The position numbers were made by a program, and so were the translations under genes. Below, in pieces: positions 6,402 to 17,537 of a DNA stretch of 44,628 nucleotides; position 1 is the first letter of the stretch; the number at the start of each line of letters is the position of its first letter. Location: UHGV virus genome UHGV-0190738, one strand, 5' to 3'. The notes under the pieces are model-generated. The model was given only the letters and a program-made list of their open reading frames with translations, searched no databases and had not been told where the DNA came from. This DNA is from a virus.

Positions 6402-8249
6402 CTACAATTTGTTTTTTGCCTTATATGATGCAGTTCCAACATACCAGATGCCTTTTGTTAACGTACTGTGCGCCTTGATTCCTTTCCCAACAAACTTGAC
6501 GACTGCTTGAGCTGTTTCACTCCCAACAAAAAAGCTGAAATTCTCTCCAGGTTCAAAAATATCATCCACAATAGATTCAGCTACAATATTCATATCCCTT
6601 GTTAAATCCCCACTTGCTCTGACTTGGAAATTTGCATAGATATCTACATCATCACCGTACCGTTTGAAAACTATTGAGCCCGATTCAAGTGAAGAATTGT
6701 TGGTAGAGTTGGTAACAAAACGGATTTCGCCATTTTGAGAAAGTACGTTGTTTCCGCCAACTTGAAGTCCATTTGCAAAGTTCTTAATCCCTAAAACTGT
6801 TTCATTCTCTGTCAGAGATATGAACTTGTTTTTCGTCCACTGTGCAATCGATTGAAAAACACGAAGCGGAGTCATCGTTTTTGTATTGTCTTCACCTGCT
6901 TCTGCCTCAGCTTGAGTTGCTAAGTTTTCTACGTGATTGGCCGCTATCATTGATTTAATGTGTTCGTTTGCTGATATTTCGATAGTAATATCCATACAAG
7001 CATAGTCCACAAAGACTTGAGACTTCGTTGTCCCGTCTGATTGATTCGCATACACAACTTGCTTGAACCAACCATTAGAGTCAAATGCAGTTTCAAACTG
7101 ACCAGCTGTTTGAAGCGTAGCGCTAACCTTGCTATTCGTACTATCCTGATGACTGCTTGCTGAAATCCATGAACTAAAATCTCCAGAAATATTACTAGCT
7201 CGGTTCATCGTCAGTTTATAGCCACCGACACCAGAACCACTTCCCCACACCGCACTTTCAATCCTTTTAGTAATTAGTTTTATTACTTCTATCTTTTGTG
7301 CTTGTGATGTTGCTCCACGATCAATAAAAAACTGTTCACCTAATAATTGCGTCAAAACAATGACTAAATTATATTCTTGACCAATTTGGCAAATATTTAA
7401 ATTTGTCGCCCCGGCTATTGTATATGCATCATTGTCTAATGACTCAATTTTTCCCATCTGATTATCTGGTATTTTAGTAATCCATTCGCTGGGTGCTGTA
7501 ACAGTTGCATACTCCTTAACCCATGCCCTATGAATTCTTTCATCTGTACCAGCAATCTTATCGGTAAAATCAGTTCGAAAAGTGATTTGAACTTTCTCTT
7601 TACCAATTATTTGATTGATCACGTTTACAGAGCTTTCTTGTTTAGTGAACACATCGTGTTCTTCGATCGATTTTAGGATTTCTGCTTGCTTATTCTTAAT
7701 ATCTGTTGTTTGAGTTTCTAATACAGTAACTTTCGAATTAAGATTATCCAGAACAATTTTGCAATCACTCTCAACTTGATTGATTAACCGTTTTGATTCT
7801 TCAACAATCTCACTGAATCCTTTCCAATAATAATCTTCCAATTCAGGAACATCTTCATCGATAGGGCTTCGTTTAATGTCAAAAGTAAACCGGCCGGCAG
7901 TATCAAGTGATCGCGAATCAGGTAACTCAATATAAACCGAACCATCTACACGGCCAACGTACCCCAAAATATTATCTTCTAAAACAATGGAAACTATCCC
8001 CTCTAAAACATCCTCAATTACCGCATGATAAATATGGCGTCCTCGTCCATTACTTGCTGTGGTTGAATTAAATTCTAAAAGGATCGGAACGATTGTTCCT
8101 TGAGGTAAGGTCTGATTTATATGATCTTTTTTCAACTGAATGATCAGTTTAGCAGTCCCTTTGTCATGGGACCAAAAAACCACTCCAGTAGGTATAGGAG
8201 TGGTTGCTTCTGCTTGAATCACAATTATTTCTTCACTTGTTTTGAACAA
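6402..8249 (-). CDS. Putative receptor-binding or host-specificity tail protein (615 aa).
   Basis: Large ORF in the distal tail module, following Dit, Tal and the beta-helix protein. No catalytic motif recognised. Confidence 0.45.
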   Translation of the reverse strand: MFKTSEEIIVIQAEATTPIPTGVVFWSHDKGTAKLIIQLKKDHINQTLPQGTIVPILLEFNSTTASNGRGRHIYHAVIEDVLEGIVSIVLEDNILGYVGRVDGSVYIELPDSRSLDTAGRFTFDIKRSPIDEDVPELEDYYWKGFSEIVEESKRLINQVESDCKIVLDNLNSKVTVLETQTTDIKNKQAEILKSIEEHDVFTKQESSVNVINQIIGKEKVQITFRTDFTDKIAGTDERIHRAWVKEYATVTAPSEWITKIPDNQMGKIESLDNDAYTIAGATNLNICQIGQEYNLVIVLTQLLGEQFFIDRGATSQAQKIEVIKLITKRIESAVWGSGSGVGGYKLTMNRASNISGDFSSWISASSHQDSTNSKVSATLQTAGQFETAFDSNGWFKQVVYANQSDGTTKSQVFVDYACMDITIEISANEHIKSMIAANHVENLATQAEAEAGEDNTKTMTPLRVFQSIAQWTKNKFISLTENETVLGIKNFANGLQVGGNNVLSQNGEIRFVTNSTNNSSLESGSIVFKRYGDDVDIYANFQVRASGDLTRDMNIVAESIVDDIFEPGENFSFFVGSETAQAVVKFVGKGIKAHSTLTKGIWYVGTASYKAKNKL

Positions 8250-9299
8250 TTACATCACCGACCCCTTTGTTAAAATCAATCCTCTTTCGATCGTTCTAGT
8301 ATTTGTTGTAGCGATATTTAAATCACTTGGGATTCTTCCGGTGCCGTTCCAAACCACTAACAGTTCGCTATTTGAAGACCCTTTAATACCAGATACATTT
8401 ACCTCAGCCATCCCTACTGCGTACAAGCACATCAATTGATTAATGAAAGTTGTATCTGACCCAATAGTGGCTTTCGAACTTCCTCCAACATAAATAGATT
8501 TGTGATTGGCAATTGACTTTGTATTCTCTGCAAACTTACATTTTGCCAAACTCATGTATCCGCCTTGTTCTTGATACAGCGAATACCTCGTATTACCTAT
8601 AGACGGTGCATTTCCTTGATCTATAAATTGGATCCCTCGTAATTGAAGGTACCCAGTGCAATACATAAACGACATTGACCGAACTTTAACTGGACAATCA
8701 GTTGTTGACGGATCAAGATTCGTCGTATCTTGGACCGATCTGATATAAATACCACCCGAATAAATATTTCGAAAGCGAACATCTTCAAGAAACGTACCAT
8801 CTTCAACGAGGATAACGACTTGACTTGATGTGAGTAGTGGAATCGTGTTCACGGCGGCTTGGAGTGTCTTAAACGGTAACGCTTGCGACCCATCCGCTGT
8901 ACTATTGTTGCCTCGCTCCGTTGAAACATAGATAGTAAGTGTACCTCCATATTCGCCGAGTATTTTATCAAGCTTTTTATTTATTTCTGAGATACTTACA
9001 TTCTGATTTTCCAATTCTGATCGTGTTTCCGCCATGTCTTCATCATGCGTGAACTCCCCAGCGAGTAGTCTTCCCTGAAGTGTATCGAATTGTTGTGCTC
9101 GGTTATTTACCCGTGCGTCCACTACCTCATTTGGCGAATCACCGCCCGAATGCAGGACTAAATTGTCAATTCTCTTGTCAACGATGTCAATTTTCTGATT
9201 TTGGTCACGTGTAATACCATTCAAAATATCCACATTATCGTTGAATGTTTTTTTCCATTCTGTTGAAATCCGATTTTTAATGAGTTTTAGTAGTTCCAC
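8250..9299 (-). CDS. Tail fibre or baseplate protein with an N-terminal coiled-coil and a predicted right-handed beta-helix (pectate-lyase-like) domain. Possible depolymerase.
   Basis: The N-terminus has the SGGDSPNEVVDARV motif common in siphovirus fibre N-termini. ADGSQALPFKTLQAAVNTIP...VVILVEDGTF resembles the N-cap of pectin-lyase-fold tailspikes. Confidence 0.45.
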   Translation of the reverse strand: MELLKLIKNRISTEWKKTFNDNVDILNGITRDQNQKIDIVDKRIDNLVLHSGGDSPNEVVDARVNNRAQQFDTLQGRLLAGEFTHDEDMAETRSELENQNVSISEINKKLDKILGEYGGTLTIYVSTERGNNSTADGSQALPFKTLQAAVNTIPLLTSSQVVILVEDGTFLEDVRFRNIYSGGIYIRSVQDTTNLDPSTTDCPVKVRSMSFMYCTGYLQLRGIQFIDQGNAPSIGNTRYSLYQEQGGYMSLAKCKFAENTKSIANHKSIYVGGSSKATIGSDTTFINQLMCLYAVGMAEVNVSGIKGSSNSELLVVWNGTGRIPSDLNIATTNTRTIERGLILTKGSVM

Positions 9300-10324
9300 T
9301 AAATCACTCCTTTCCTAGCTAAGTTCGCTAGTATTGATGTCATTGTTTTTTTTGTATTTGATAATGTGATTTCAGGCGGTTTATTAGGCAATGCAGGATA
9401 CGTCTTAATTCCCACTATTTGAATATAAGTTTTGATATTTAATGGTTCGTAAATAAAAGGAACATAGTCTCCTTTTTGTGGAGTAATTCGCCATTTTAAG
9501 GTTACTGAGCCACTGATTGAAGGATAATCTTGTAAATCTTTTTTTAGTCGTTCCATCATGTTCCCAGCAACCGTAAAGCGCTCATCTTCCACAGGATCCT
9601 GAATACGGATGCCCCATTTTTCTGATTCTGGGGAGGTGTAGGTGATTGGAGAAAAGTAATAACTTCCATCATCTTTTTTCTTACCAAAACCTCTAATTTG
9701 AGTTTTTAGCGCATACGTATCAATATCAAACTTCACTGAATCAGTATTGTATTTATAGCGTATTTGTTCTTGAATTTGGTTTCCAAAATCTGAACGAGAA
9801 TAGAATGTCATGCGTTTATTATCGGGTACCATTACCACATCATAATCGCTCATTATTTCCTCAATTAGTTTGAGGTAATTCGCATTTCCGAAATTTTCCT
9901 GTTCTACTCTCCCGATTTTCCCTAGAGGATTTACTACTTCCCATTGAAAACCCATATCCCCGGTAGCACCGTTAAAGACATGTGTTAGTAATTCATTAAT
10001 AGCTCGAGTTCCTGATATCGTATTGTATTGAAATCCATCTTGAACTGTATAGAAGATGTGCGTTGCTGTAACATTTTTAGTTATCATTGATCCTAATCCA
10101 CTAAGTTCCATTGACTTAATTATGAATTCTTGACCGTTGAAAATTACCGAGCTTTCGTAATCAACTAAATCAAACGCTGTACTATTTAAATCTGTTTTAG
10201 TTACATTGAAACTGACTTCCCACGTTTCGTTTTCTTGCCAATTTTCAAAAAAAGAGTCCTTATCATATTCGACAAGGATCTCCCGTTTTGTTTTTTCATA
10301 ATTTTGAATGATGATATCTGTCAT
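9299..10324 (-). CDS. Tail-associated protein (Tal/prophage-tail N-terminal structural domain).
   Basis: Its position is immediately after Dit. The size and layout match siphovirus Tal N-domains. Confidence 0.5.
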   Translation of the reverse strand: MTDIIIQNYEKTKREILVEYDKDSFFENWQENETWEVSFNVTKTDLNSTAFDLVDYESSVIFNGQEFIIKSMELSGLGSMITKNVTATHIFYTVQDGFQYNTISGTRAINELLTHVFNGATGDMGFQWEVVNPLGKIGRVEQENFGNANYLKLIEEIMSDYDVVMVPDNKRMTFYSRSDFGNQIQEQIRYKYNTDSVKFDIDTYALKTQIRGFGKKKDDGSYYFSPITYTSPESEKWGIRIQDPVEDERFTVAGNMMERLKKDLQDYPSISGSVTLKWRITPQKGDYVPFIYEPLNIKTYIQIVGIKTYPALPNKPPEITLSNTKKTMTSILANLARKGVI

Positions 10325-10332
10325 CGTATCAC

Positions 10333-11154
10333 CTACTTATACAGATAACGGAAATCCCATGAAGATTTCACGTTTGCAACATTTTGTATTTCTATCTCAT
10401 TAATGCCTGGAACTAATGTAATCAAACTTAAATTTGTATCGATTCCACAATTTACACCGCTCAATTTCGGATAAACACGGTCTAGCGTGATTGTTTGCCC
10501 AAGATTTGTAGAAAACGGTGGATAATAAATAAACCGCTCGCCAGTCGTTCGATTGAATATTGTCGCATTGTCTAGCGATTCACCTTTTAACGTGATTTTC
10601 AAGTCATGCTCACGTGGATCAATCGTGAAATCTCCTGCATTGAACACTTGAAAACGACTTGCATCAAACTCATACTGATAATCTTCTGCTTCAATATTTT
10701 GAGAAAACTGCCACTCATCGTCCAACGAAAATTCAGAGAGTGTGGTTGAAAGTGATTCTGAACAGCCAGAAGGGACATCGAATGTAACTTCGATAGTTGA
10801 ATAATCATTTTCTTCTTCCGTTAGTTCGAAATTTGACGGATTTACCTTAAACCGTTTTCCCGGACTTAATTCATGCGTTATATAAAATTGAAAACCAGGA
10901 AAAACAATTTGATGTAATTCTGTGATGATTAATTCTTTATCGTATTCATTTTTATAAAAAATATCGAATGTAAGAACCAATTCAAAAGGACGAAAAGAAG
11001 CATTGACTTCTCTACTTCCGTTCGTCCCCTCGAAATCTTCATATTTCACTTCGTAGATAGGCGCTTGTCTTTTTATTTCTTTGCAGATTATCTTTCCATT
11101 TTCTTGCGGATCAAACAATCTACCATTTTGGTTAAAAAGCAATTTGTAAAACAA
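10333..11154 (-). CDS. Distal tail protein (Dit).
   Basis: A roughly 270-aa ORF immediately downstream of the tape measure gene. This is the canonical position. Confidence 0.55.
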   Translation of the reverse strand: MFYKLLFNQNGRLFDPQENGKIICKEIKRQAPIYEVKYEDFEGTNGSREVNASFRPFELVLTFDIFYKNEYDKELIITELHQIVFPGFQFYITHELSPGKRFKVNPSNFELTEEENDYSTIEVTFDVPSGCSESLSTTLSEFSLDDEWQFSQNIEAEDYQYEFDASRFQVFNAGDFTIDPREHDLKITLKGESLDNATIFNRTTGERFIYYPPFSTNLGQTITLDRVYPKLSGVNCGIDTNLSLITLVPGINEIEIQNVANVKSSWDFRYLYK

Positions 11155-14100
11155 TTAGAAAGCACCTCCTGTTGTATACCCTAATTTGCTCAAATCTCCG
11201 CCTAAGAAATCATTAGCAGCTTTTCCAACCGCATCAGTAGTGATACCGTTATCTTTTGATAAGATAGCTTTTAATATCCGCATCAGTTCACTGTGCTGCC
11301 GTTGTTGTTGTTTAATTAATGTTACTAACTCTGCAGTGTTATCAGAAGAAGTCGATTGAGAGTTAGGCTGTTTATCCCCAGCCATGAATGCCAATGCTTG
11401 ACCCATCAATTCGATTGCTCTCGATTTACGGGTTAGTGGAATAACCATTTCTGGTTTGTTTCCTTCGCCAGCTCTGTATAATCCATCCTTGTTGATTAGC
11501 CCGCCGTTAGCATACCAATGATTCCTCTTCCAAAAAGCCAGTGCACCATTCGCTCCGCCATAACGCTCATTCACGTAATTGCGCATCCATTTCAATTGCG
11601 TGATTGGATTAGTCCGCCAGTCGGACCCAGCAGAAGCTAGTTTGCTCGCTGGTAACGATTGGGGTAACCCGTATGCACCGCTTGAAGGGTTTACAGCTTG
11701 TGGGTTCCAGCTCGATTCATGATTAACAATATAATCGATTGCTGCATATTCCGATGGACTAAACCCCGCTTGTTTCATCCAATTTTGATGACTCCCCGTA
11801 GGTTTTGGATTCTTACCAGAAGAATTTGAACCACCTGAATAAATATCCCCCGCACCTTTTGAACCAGAAATGTGCACGTGGTCAAAATGGTCGCCATCTG
11901 GCCACGTTGCCCAACCGTCATGAATACCTGTGCCGGAATAACCAATTCTATCACGCACTCGGCCGTTGGTAATTACATACCCGACATCGCGAGGAAATTT
12001 CTCAAACGCATAATTAGCAGCTGCTGTATATCTAGGACTGCCAACCGGATAACCAGAAATATCAATCGCCTGATGTTTTCCGTGATGATAAACATCTCCC
12101 GGGCGATAACCGGAAGTCGGATACAATCCAGGGAATTTAGCCATAACCTTTTTGGCTACATCCACGAGATACGCATAAACACCGTTGAAATTCCCTTCTC
12201 CTTGGAAAATAGAACCATCAAATTCACCGGTTGAGAAGTTCTCTTCTATTTCCTTCTGCACGAATGGATAAGCGGCGCTAGTCATTAATTTAACGCCAGC
12301 TTTTGTCATGTTCTTCCACGGTTCTAGGATACTATTGTAATCGATTCTCTTATCAACTAACTTCTTAAAAACACCTTCATCATCAATCAAATCAAATATA
12401 TCAAAATCATCCGTCCCATTTGCATAGTGCGGAATATCGAGTCTATTCTTCAATTTTTTAGTTAATGAAGCATTCAATACCTGCGCGCCTTTTGGGAGAT
12501 TTACTAACAAATCTTTCCCTTTAGCAATAAACCCACGACCGTCTGGCATTTGTACGTATTCTTCGTGTACAGGGCCCTTTTGGTCATTGATTAGTGCTAA
12601 ACCACCTGGGTGGCCGTCTGTCCCTTTTGCGTATTGTGGAACAGTCCAGTTGCCAAGTTTCTTGTCAGATTCGACTTCTTTCAGTACATAATTCACTCCA
12701 CCGATAACACCATTAACACCTTTACCAATACCACCAACCATTTTGTTTGCGACACCGTTCATGGTTGCTGAGAGAGAGCCCCCCATTGAATTTAGGCCGT
12801 TAATTAGCGATTGCATCAAGAAGCGCCCAGCGTTATAGAAACCACCATTTTTAGAACGCAAGTTATTGATAGAATCATTACCCAATTGATTCACTCTGGC
12901 AATAAATGAACCATATAACGAATTCCAACCATTTAAATTGTTCTGTTGCCATGCACGACCATTGTTGTACATAGGCGTATTGTAACTCCGAAGAGTTGTC
13001 ATCGCTTGGTTACAGAATGTTTTGATTAGATTGATAAATGTTCCTGTTAAACTGTTCCAACCATTCATCAAGTTTCTATTCCAAGTGACACCCTGCAAAT
13101 AATTCGGATTGTTTTGGTTACTCAATTGCGTTAGATAGTCCGAAATAAATAGTGTTTCGCTTGCCATGTACTGCGGGACAATTGAATTCCAGCCGTTCAT
13201 GAGATTAGTCATCCACATTGAGCCAATTGTGATGTACTGTTCGCCTTGTGCAATCAATTGGTCTGGCGTCATTGCAGATACACTTGCGGATCCTTGCACA
13301 CCAGGTACAACCGATTTCTCAGTCATCGTTCCCACTGTATCGGAATCAGTGGTTTGTGGTTGCATAGTTTTAAACGTTAAAATCAGCTCATTGATTACTC
13401 GAATCAATTCAGCGATTTGTGGATTTCCTACTTCTACCGCTCCAATTCCTTCAGCGTAACGAGGAAATAGTTTTGCTGTTTGAGAAGCCTTTAAAACAGC
13501 TGAACCACGTGGTAAATCAAGCAATGTATTTCGTTCTTGTGGAATAAACGCGTGACCGTTTGGAAGTTTGACAAGCTCTTTGTACCTCGCTCCTAACTGA
13601 TCATTAACAAGCGCTAATCCGCCCGGGTGATAGTTTGTACCGTTGGCGTAATTACCAGTAATACTATTTCCTTTTTGATTGAACGCTTTCTTAACTTTGT
13701 CCCAAGTATCATCAAAGAATGCAGTAAGCTTGAAACTAATAGTTTTATCCTGTAATACCGAAACTTCTTGATAAGACTTAACAACTTTTTTAACGTTTGG
13801 TGTAACGTCATCTTTAGCAGTCATCGTCTTTTCAGGAACTTGAACGCCATTATACTGATTTAATTTTTCTCTAGCGGCTTGTTCCTTGTTCAATACATCA
13901 GAATTGTTACCAGTTAACACTTTTTGTTCTGGATGATGATTTTTGTTATAATCATCAATTTCATTTTTAGCTTTTGCTGTTTTTGTCGTTACGTCATAAT
14001 TATCACCGTACATTTTTTTGAGTAACGGTAACACCTGATTGTATTGCTCAATACCTTCTTTACTGGCATAAAGCTTTGTTTTCAAATCAACGTTATCAGC

Positions 14101-17100
14101 GAGCATATGTTTAATGTTATCGGGCATTTGAGTCCAAGCTGTGTATGATTCCGTGGAAGCAAATATTTTAGTAGTTAAATCTGTGTTGTCCGCTAACAGT
14201 TTTTTCTGATCTACAGGCAACGTATTCCACTGTTTTATTTGTTCTTGTGTTGTAAATAATTTATAAACAGCATCGGCATTATCAATTCCTAGTGCTTTTC
14301 TGTCCAGCACATACTGGTTCCACGCACCCATAGCATTGATAGTTTCATAAAGCTCTAGATTTGCTTCATCGCCATTGACCAATAACATTTTTTCGGTCAA
14401 CCACAACTGATCCCATTTACCGGCTTCCCCCATAGCAATTGCAACTTCTTCTTTGGCATTAGAAGTTAGTTTAGCTTCCTTGACCATAAATTTGAGCTGA
14501 TTCCAGCCATCATCAGTCTGAGCGATTTCAGTTAAAACATCAGTCATGTTTGTTTTAACTTCACCAGTCTTAGGATCAAGACTTAAAGCGTTCCATTGCA
14601 TATCGGCATCGGAAGTTCCTTTTGCGAATAAGCTTAGGTCTTTAGTGGCATCTTTGACACTGCTAGACACTAATGCAGTCACTTCTTCAACGTTGTATCC
14701 GTACTTCTCCCATTTGAACCAAACCGAATCTAATGAAGATCCTGATTTTTCAGTAAGATTACCAAGAGCCGTAATCATCTCGCCAGTGTTCTTCTTATAA
14801 TTCTCTTTTAAATTGTCTAACAATCTTTTTCTGACAGATGAGCTAAGAGTCTCGTTGCTTTCAATTTCTTTGCGTTGCTTGTCATAAGAGGTCTTTTCCT
14901 TATCCAAGGATTTTTCTAACGTTTTAATTCGTGTACTTACTTCTTTTTCACTCAACTTCGACAAATCATCCTGATAAGCTGTTTCGATTGCCAAGCGCTG
15001 CGACTTAGTAAAACCAGCTGCTTTTAATTGATCATCAGATAACTTAGCGTATGACGATCTAATATACTGCATTTCTTGATCAGATAATTGTCGATTATTA
15101 TCAGAAGCATTTTTGTATATTCCGTTAATCTTATCAATTTGTGCTTTAACCGTTTCGGCTGTTTTCTCATCAACTTTTTTCTGTGCAGCAACAACTTGCT
15201 CATACCAAGCTTTTGTTTCTTCATCCAAAAAACTTAATTTAGTAATCTTTTCACGGCGTTTTTCTTCTTTTTCCAGAGTTCCTTCAATCGCGTCTTGAAT
15301 ACCTTTATTTGCCTTTTTGATTTTTTCAGCATTGGTATTGACACCGTCTTGGTACTCGTTCATATACTGAACGCCTTTTTCACGTAATTCACTAGACTTA
15401 CCGATTACCTTATCTTGCGACTCAGTTACTTTCGTTCCCCATCTAGCGCCAGAAAGTTGATGTTCATCATACGCTTTTTTTCCAGCATACAACGCTAACC
15501 CGATTGCTCCGATTGCACCTACACCGATTGCTGCAGGGACAGCTAATCCAGCGATCGCTGTTCCTAAGCCAGCAACACCACTAGCTCCAGCTGCACTTGC
15601 TGAAGCTGTGCCAGCAGTAGTTACAGAAGTAGCAAAACTTGCCATTGCTTTTTTCTCGGCGGCTTTAGCAGCCAATTCAACTAACCCGCCGGTTAATTTC
15701 CCAATTGCAGTCTGTGTTTTACCAATCACAGTGACGCCAGTTCCAAATAATTTCAACGCCGGACCTGCGGCAGCTGCCATTAATCCCCACTTAATAATAT
15801 TTTTCTGCGTAGCATCGTCCATTTCAGAAAATTTATTAATCATCTGAGTGGCTTTTTCTAACAAAGGCGTAAACGCTGGTAATAATTTTTCTCCAACGGT
15901 AATTGCTAATACATTCAGTGATTCCTTAAATCTGGCCGCTTTATTTGCCGGCAAATCATTCATTGACTTAGCGATTTCTTTAGTGGCGCCATTTGCGTTG
16001 TAAGTTTCTTTAGTTAACCCTTTTAACGCGTCACCGCCTTGCCCAACTAATACGTTCATCGCTGATTGAGATTCGGTACCAAACGCCAATGCAATCGCAG
16101 AAGTACGTTGTGCATCCGTCCAACCTTCAGTGTTTTGTTTAATCTTATTCAGCATGTCTGGAAGAGTTAACGTACCATTTTTAAACTCATCTACAGAAAT
16201 ACCTAGTTTTTCAAATCCGGCAATGTTTTGTTTTGATGGCTTCAATAAACGAGTTAATGCACCACGTAATGCGGTCCCAGCTTTTTCTCCGCCGATACCA
16301 GCATCACTTAGCAGACCAATTGCAGAAGCAGTTTCTTCTACATCCATGCCTAAGCTATTCGCTACTGGTCCCACATACCCCATCGCTAGTCCTAAATCTG
16401 AGAAACCAGCAGAAGTTGCATTAGCCACATAAGTCAACGCATCCGTCACACGTGTTGCGTTCTTAACAGTACTATTATAATCTTTGCCTTTTAAATTAAA
16501 CTGACTGATTACCTCAGTAGTTACATTCATTACATCGTTGAAGTCATCCCCGGACGCTTTGGTAGCATCTAAAATAGAAGGCATTACACCAAGCGTTTGA
16601 TTCGCGTCATAACCCTTACGAACAACTTCTGACAAACCATTATTGATTTCAGTGGTAGAAACACCGTATTGCTTTGCCCATTTTTTCGAGCTATCGGACA
16701 TTTGATCTAACTGATTGCGATATTCTGCGGTTAGTTTTCCACCGTTTGTTAGCAGTGGGCCAATTCCACCAATTTGAGTTTGAAAATCAGCGGCTTTTTT
16801 AGTTGCGGCACCAAAACCAGCAGCGATCGGCGCTGTAACAGACATGGTCAATGTGCTTCCTATGCTAGACATTTTTTTACCGAAAGATTCAATTTTCTTA
16901 CCCGATTTAATCCACTGATCAGATTGTGCTTTGAGTTTGCCAGTAAAGCCTTCTGTTTCGACTTTCATACGAGCCATTTGGCCCGTCGTTGTTTTCATCT
17001 GTGCTGTAAAACTAGCAGAACGCGCTCGTGCTTGGTTCAATTCGTTTGCATATTTTGTCGTGGAAGCAGTTGCTTTCCCGTTTTCGTCAAAGCTATCCTT

Positions 17101-17343
17101 ATAAGCTTTTGTTAGCTTTTCGATATGTTTTTCGTTCGCTTGGACTACGTTGCCTAAGCCGTCATATTTCGCTTTTAAAGCGCCTAGTTTATCACCAGAC
17201 GAATTCATGACTTGCATTTGCGATTTCATTGCTTTCATCTGATGATTGACCGCGTTTTTAGCGCCTTGCAACCCTTTAGAAAAGGCAGAACTATTCAAAT
17301 CCAACTTGATAATCATATTCCCAAGCGGTTTTCCATTTGCCAT
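11155..17343 (-). CDS. Tail tape measure protein (2062 aa), with internal repeats and C-terminal lytic transglycosylase (SLT-like) and M23-like peptidase domains.
   Basis: Ala/Gly-rich TM-like N-terminal segments. Repeats (NLMNGWNS x4; LLADN.DL.TK..AS.E x2). HHGKHQAIDI...DHFDHVHIS (HxH metallopeptidase). ESSWNPQAVNPSSGAYGLPQ (SLT motif). Confidence 0.85.
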   Translation of the reverse strand: MANGKPLGNMIIKLDLNSSAFSKGLQGAKNAVNHQMKAMKSQMQVMNSSGDKLGALKAKYDGLGNVVQANEKHIEKLTKAYKDSFDENGKATASTTKYANELNQARARSASFTAQMKTTTGQMARMKVETEGFTGKLKAQSDQWIKSGKKIESFGKKMSSIGSTLTMSVTAPIAAGFGAATKKAADFQTQIGGIGPLLTNGGKLTAEYRNQLDQMSDSSKKWAKQYGVSTTEINNGLSEVVRKGYDANQTLGVMPSILDATKASGDDFNDVMNVTTEVISQFNLKGKDYNSTVKNATRVTDALTYVANATSAGFSDLGLAMGYVGPVANSLGMDVEETASAIGLLSDAGIGGEKAGTALRGALTRLLKPSKQNIAGFEKLGISVDEFKNGTLTLPDMLNKIKQNTEGWTDAQRTSAIALAFGTESQSAMNVLVGQGGDALKGLTKETYNANGATKEIAKSMNDLPANKAARFKESLNVLAITVGEKLLPAFTPLLEKATQMINKFSEMDDATQKNIIKWGLMAAAAGPALKLFGTGVTVIGKTQTAIGKLTGGLVELAAKAAEKKAMASFATSVTTAGTASASAAGASGVAGLGTAIAGLAVPAAIGVGAIGAIGLALYAGKKAYDEHQLSGARWGTKVTESQDKVIGKSSELREKGVQYMNEYQDGVNTNAEKIKKANKGIQDAIEGTLEKEEKRREKITKLSFLDEETKAWYEQVVAAQKKVDEKTAETVKAQIDKINGIYKNASDNNRQLSDQEMQYIRSSYAKLSDDQLKAAGFTKSQRLAIETAYQDDLSKLSEKEVSTRIKTLEKSLDKEKTSYDKQRKEIESNETLSSSVRKRLLDNLKENYKKNTGEMITALGNLTEKSGSSLDSVWFKWEKYGYNVEEVTALVSSSVKDATKDLSLFAKGTSDADMQWNALSLDPKTGEVKTNMTDVLTEIAQTDDGWNQLKFMVKEAKLTSNAKEEVAIAMGEAGKWDQLWLTEKMLLVNGDEANLELYETINAMGAWNQYVLDRKALGIDNADAVYKLFTTQEQIKQWNTLPVDQKKLLADNTDLTTKIFASTESYTAWTQMPDNIKHMLADNVDLKTKLYASKEGIEQYNQVLPLLKKMYGDNYDVTTKTAKAKNEIDDYNKNHHPEQKVLTGNNSDVLNKEQAAREKLNQYNGVQVPEKTMTAKDDVTPNVKKVVKSYQEVSVLQDKTISFKLTAFFDDTWDKVKKAFNQKGNSITGNYANGTNYHPGGLALVNDQLGARYKELVKLPNGHAFIPQERNTLLDLPRGSAVLKASQTAKLFPRYAEGIGAVEVGNPQIAELIRVINELILTFKTMQPQTTDSDTVGTMTEKSVVPGVQGSASVSAMTPDQLIAQGEQYITIGSMWMTNLMNGWNSIVPQYMASETLFISDYLTQLSNQNNPNYLQGVTWNRNLMNGWNSLTGTFINLIKTFCNQAMTTLRSYNTPMYNNGRAWQQNNLNGWNSLYGSFIARVNQLGNDSINNLRSKNGGFYNAGRFLMQSLINGLNSMGGSLSATMNGVANKMVGGIGKGVNGVIGGVNYVLKEVESDKKLGNWTVPQYAKGTDGHPGGLALINDQKGPVHEEYVQMPDGRGFIAKGKDLLVNLPKGAQVLNASLTKKLKNRLDIPHYANGTDDFDIFDLIDDEGVFKKLVDKRIDYNSILEPWKNMTKAGVKLMTSAAYPFVQKEIEENFSTGEFDGSIFQGEGNFNGVYAYLVDVAKKVMAKFPGLYPTSGYRPGDVYHHGKHQAIDISGYPVGSPRYTAAANYAFEKFPRDVGYVITNGRVRDRIGYSGTGIHDGWATWPDGDHFDHVHISGSKGAGDIYSGGSNSSGKNPKPTGSHQNWMKQAGFSPSEYAAIDYIVNHESSWNPQAVNPSSGAYGLPQSLPASKLASAGSDWRTNPITQLKWMRNYVNERYGGANGALAFWKRNHWYANGGLINKDGLYRAGEGNKPEMVIPLTRKSRAIELMGQALAFMAGDKQPNSQSTSSDNTAELVTLIKQQQRQHSELMRILKAILSKDNGITTDAVGKAANDFLGGDLSKLGYTTGGAF

Positions 17344-17537
17344 AATTTTCCTCCTTTCCTAAATTGATTTAACGAAGTCTTTCAAATCGACCTCTTTTGA
17401 TTTTTCTTTCTTAGGTTCCGAACAGACAATTTGAATGAGAGCTTCAAAGTCAGCTTCTTCGATATCTTCCAACGTCCAACCGTTTTCAATTAATTGCCTG
17501 CAAAGATTAGAATAATTTTCTTCTGCTTCTTCAGGGC

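Noticed and set aside
11872-17210. Numerous 60-120-aa ORFs on the plus strand inside the tape measure gene (for example 11872-12234, 13166-13459, 16130-16432).
   Set aside because: All are antisense to a continuous 2062-codon ORF. They are typical shadow ORFs.
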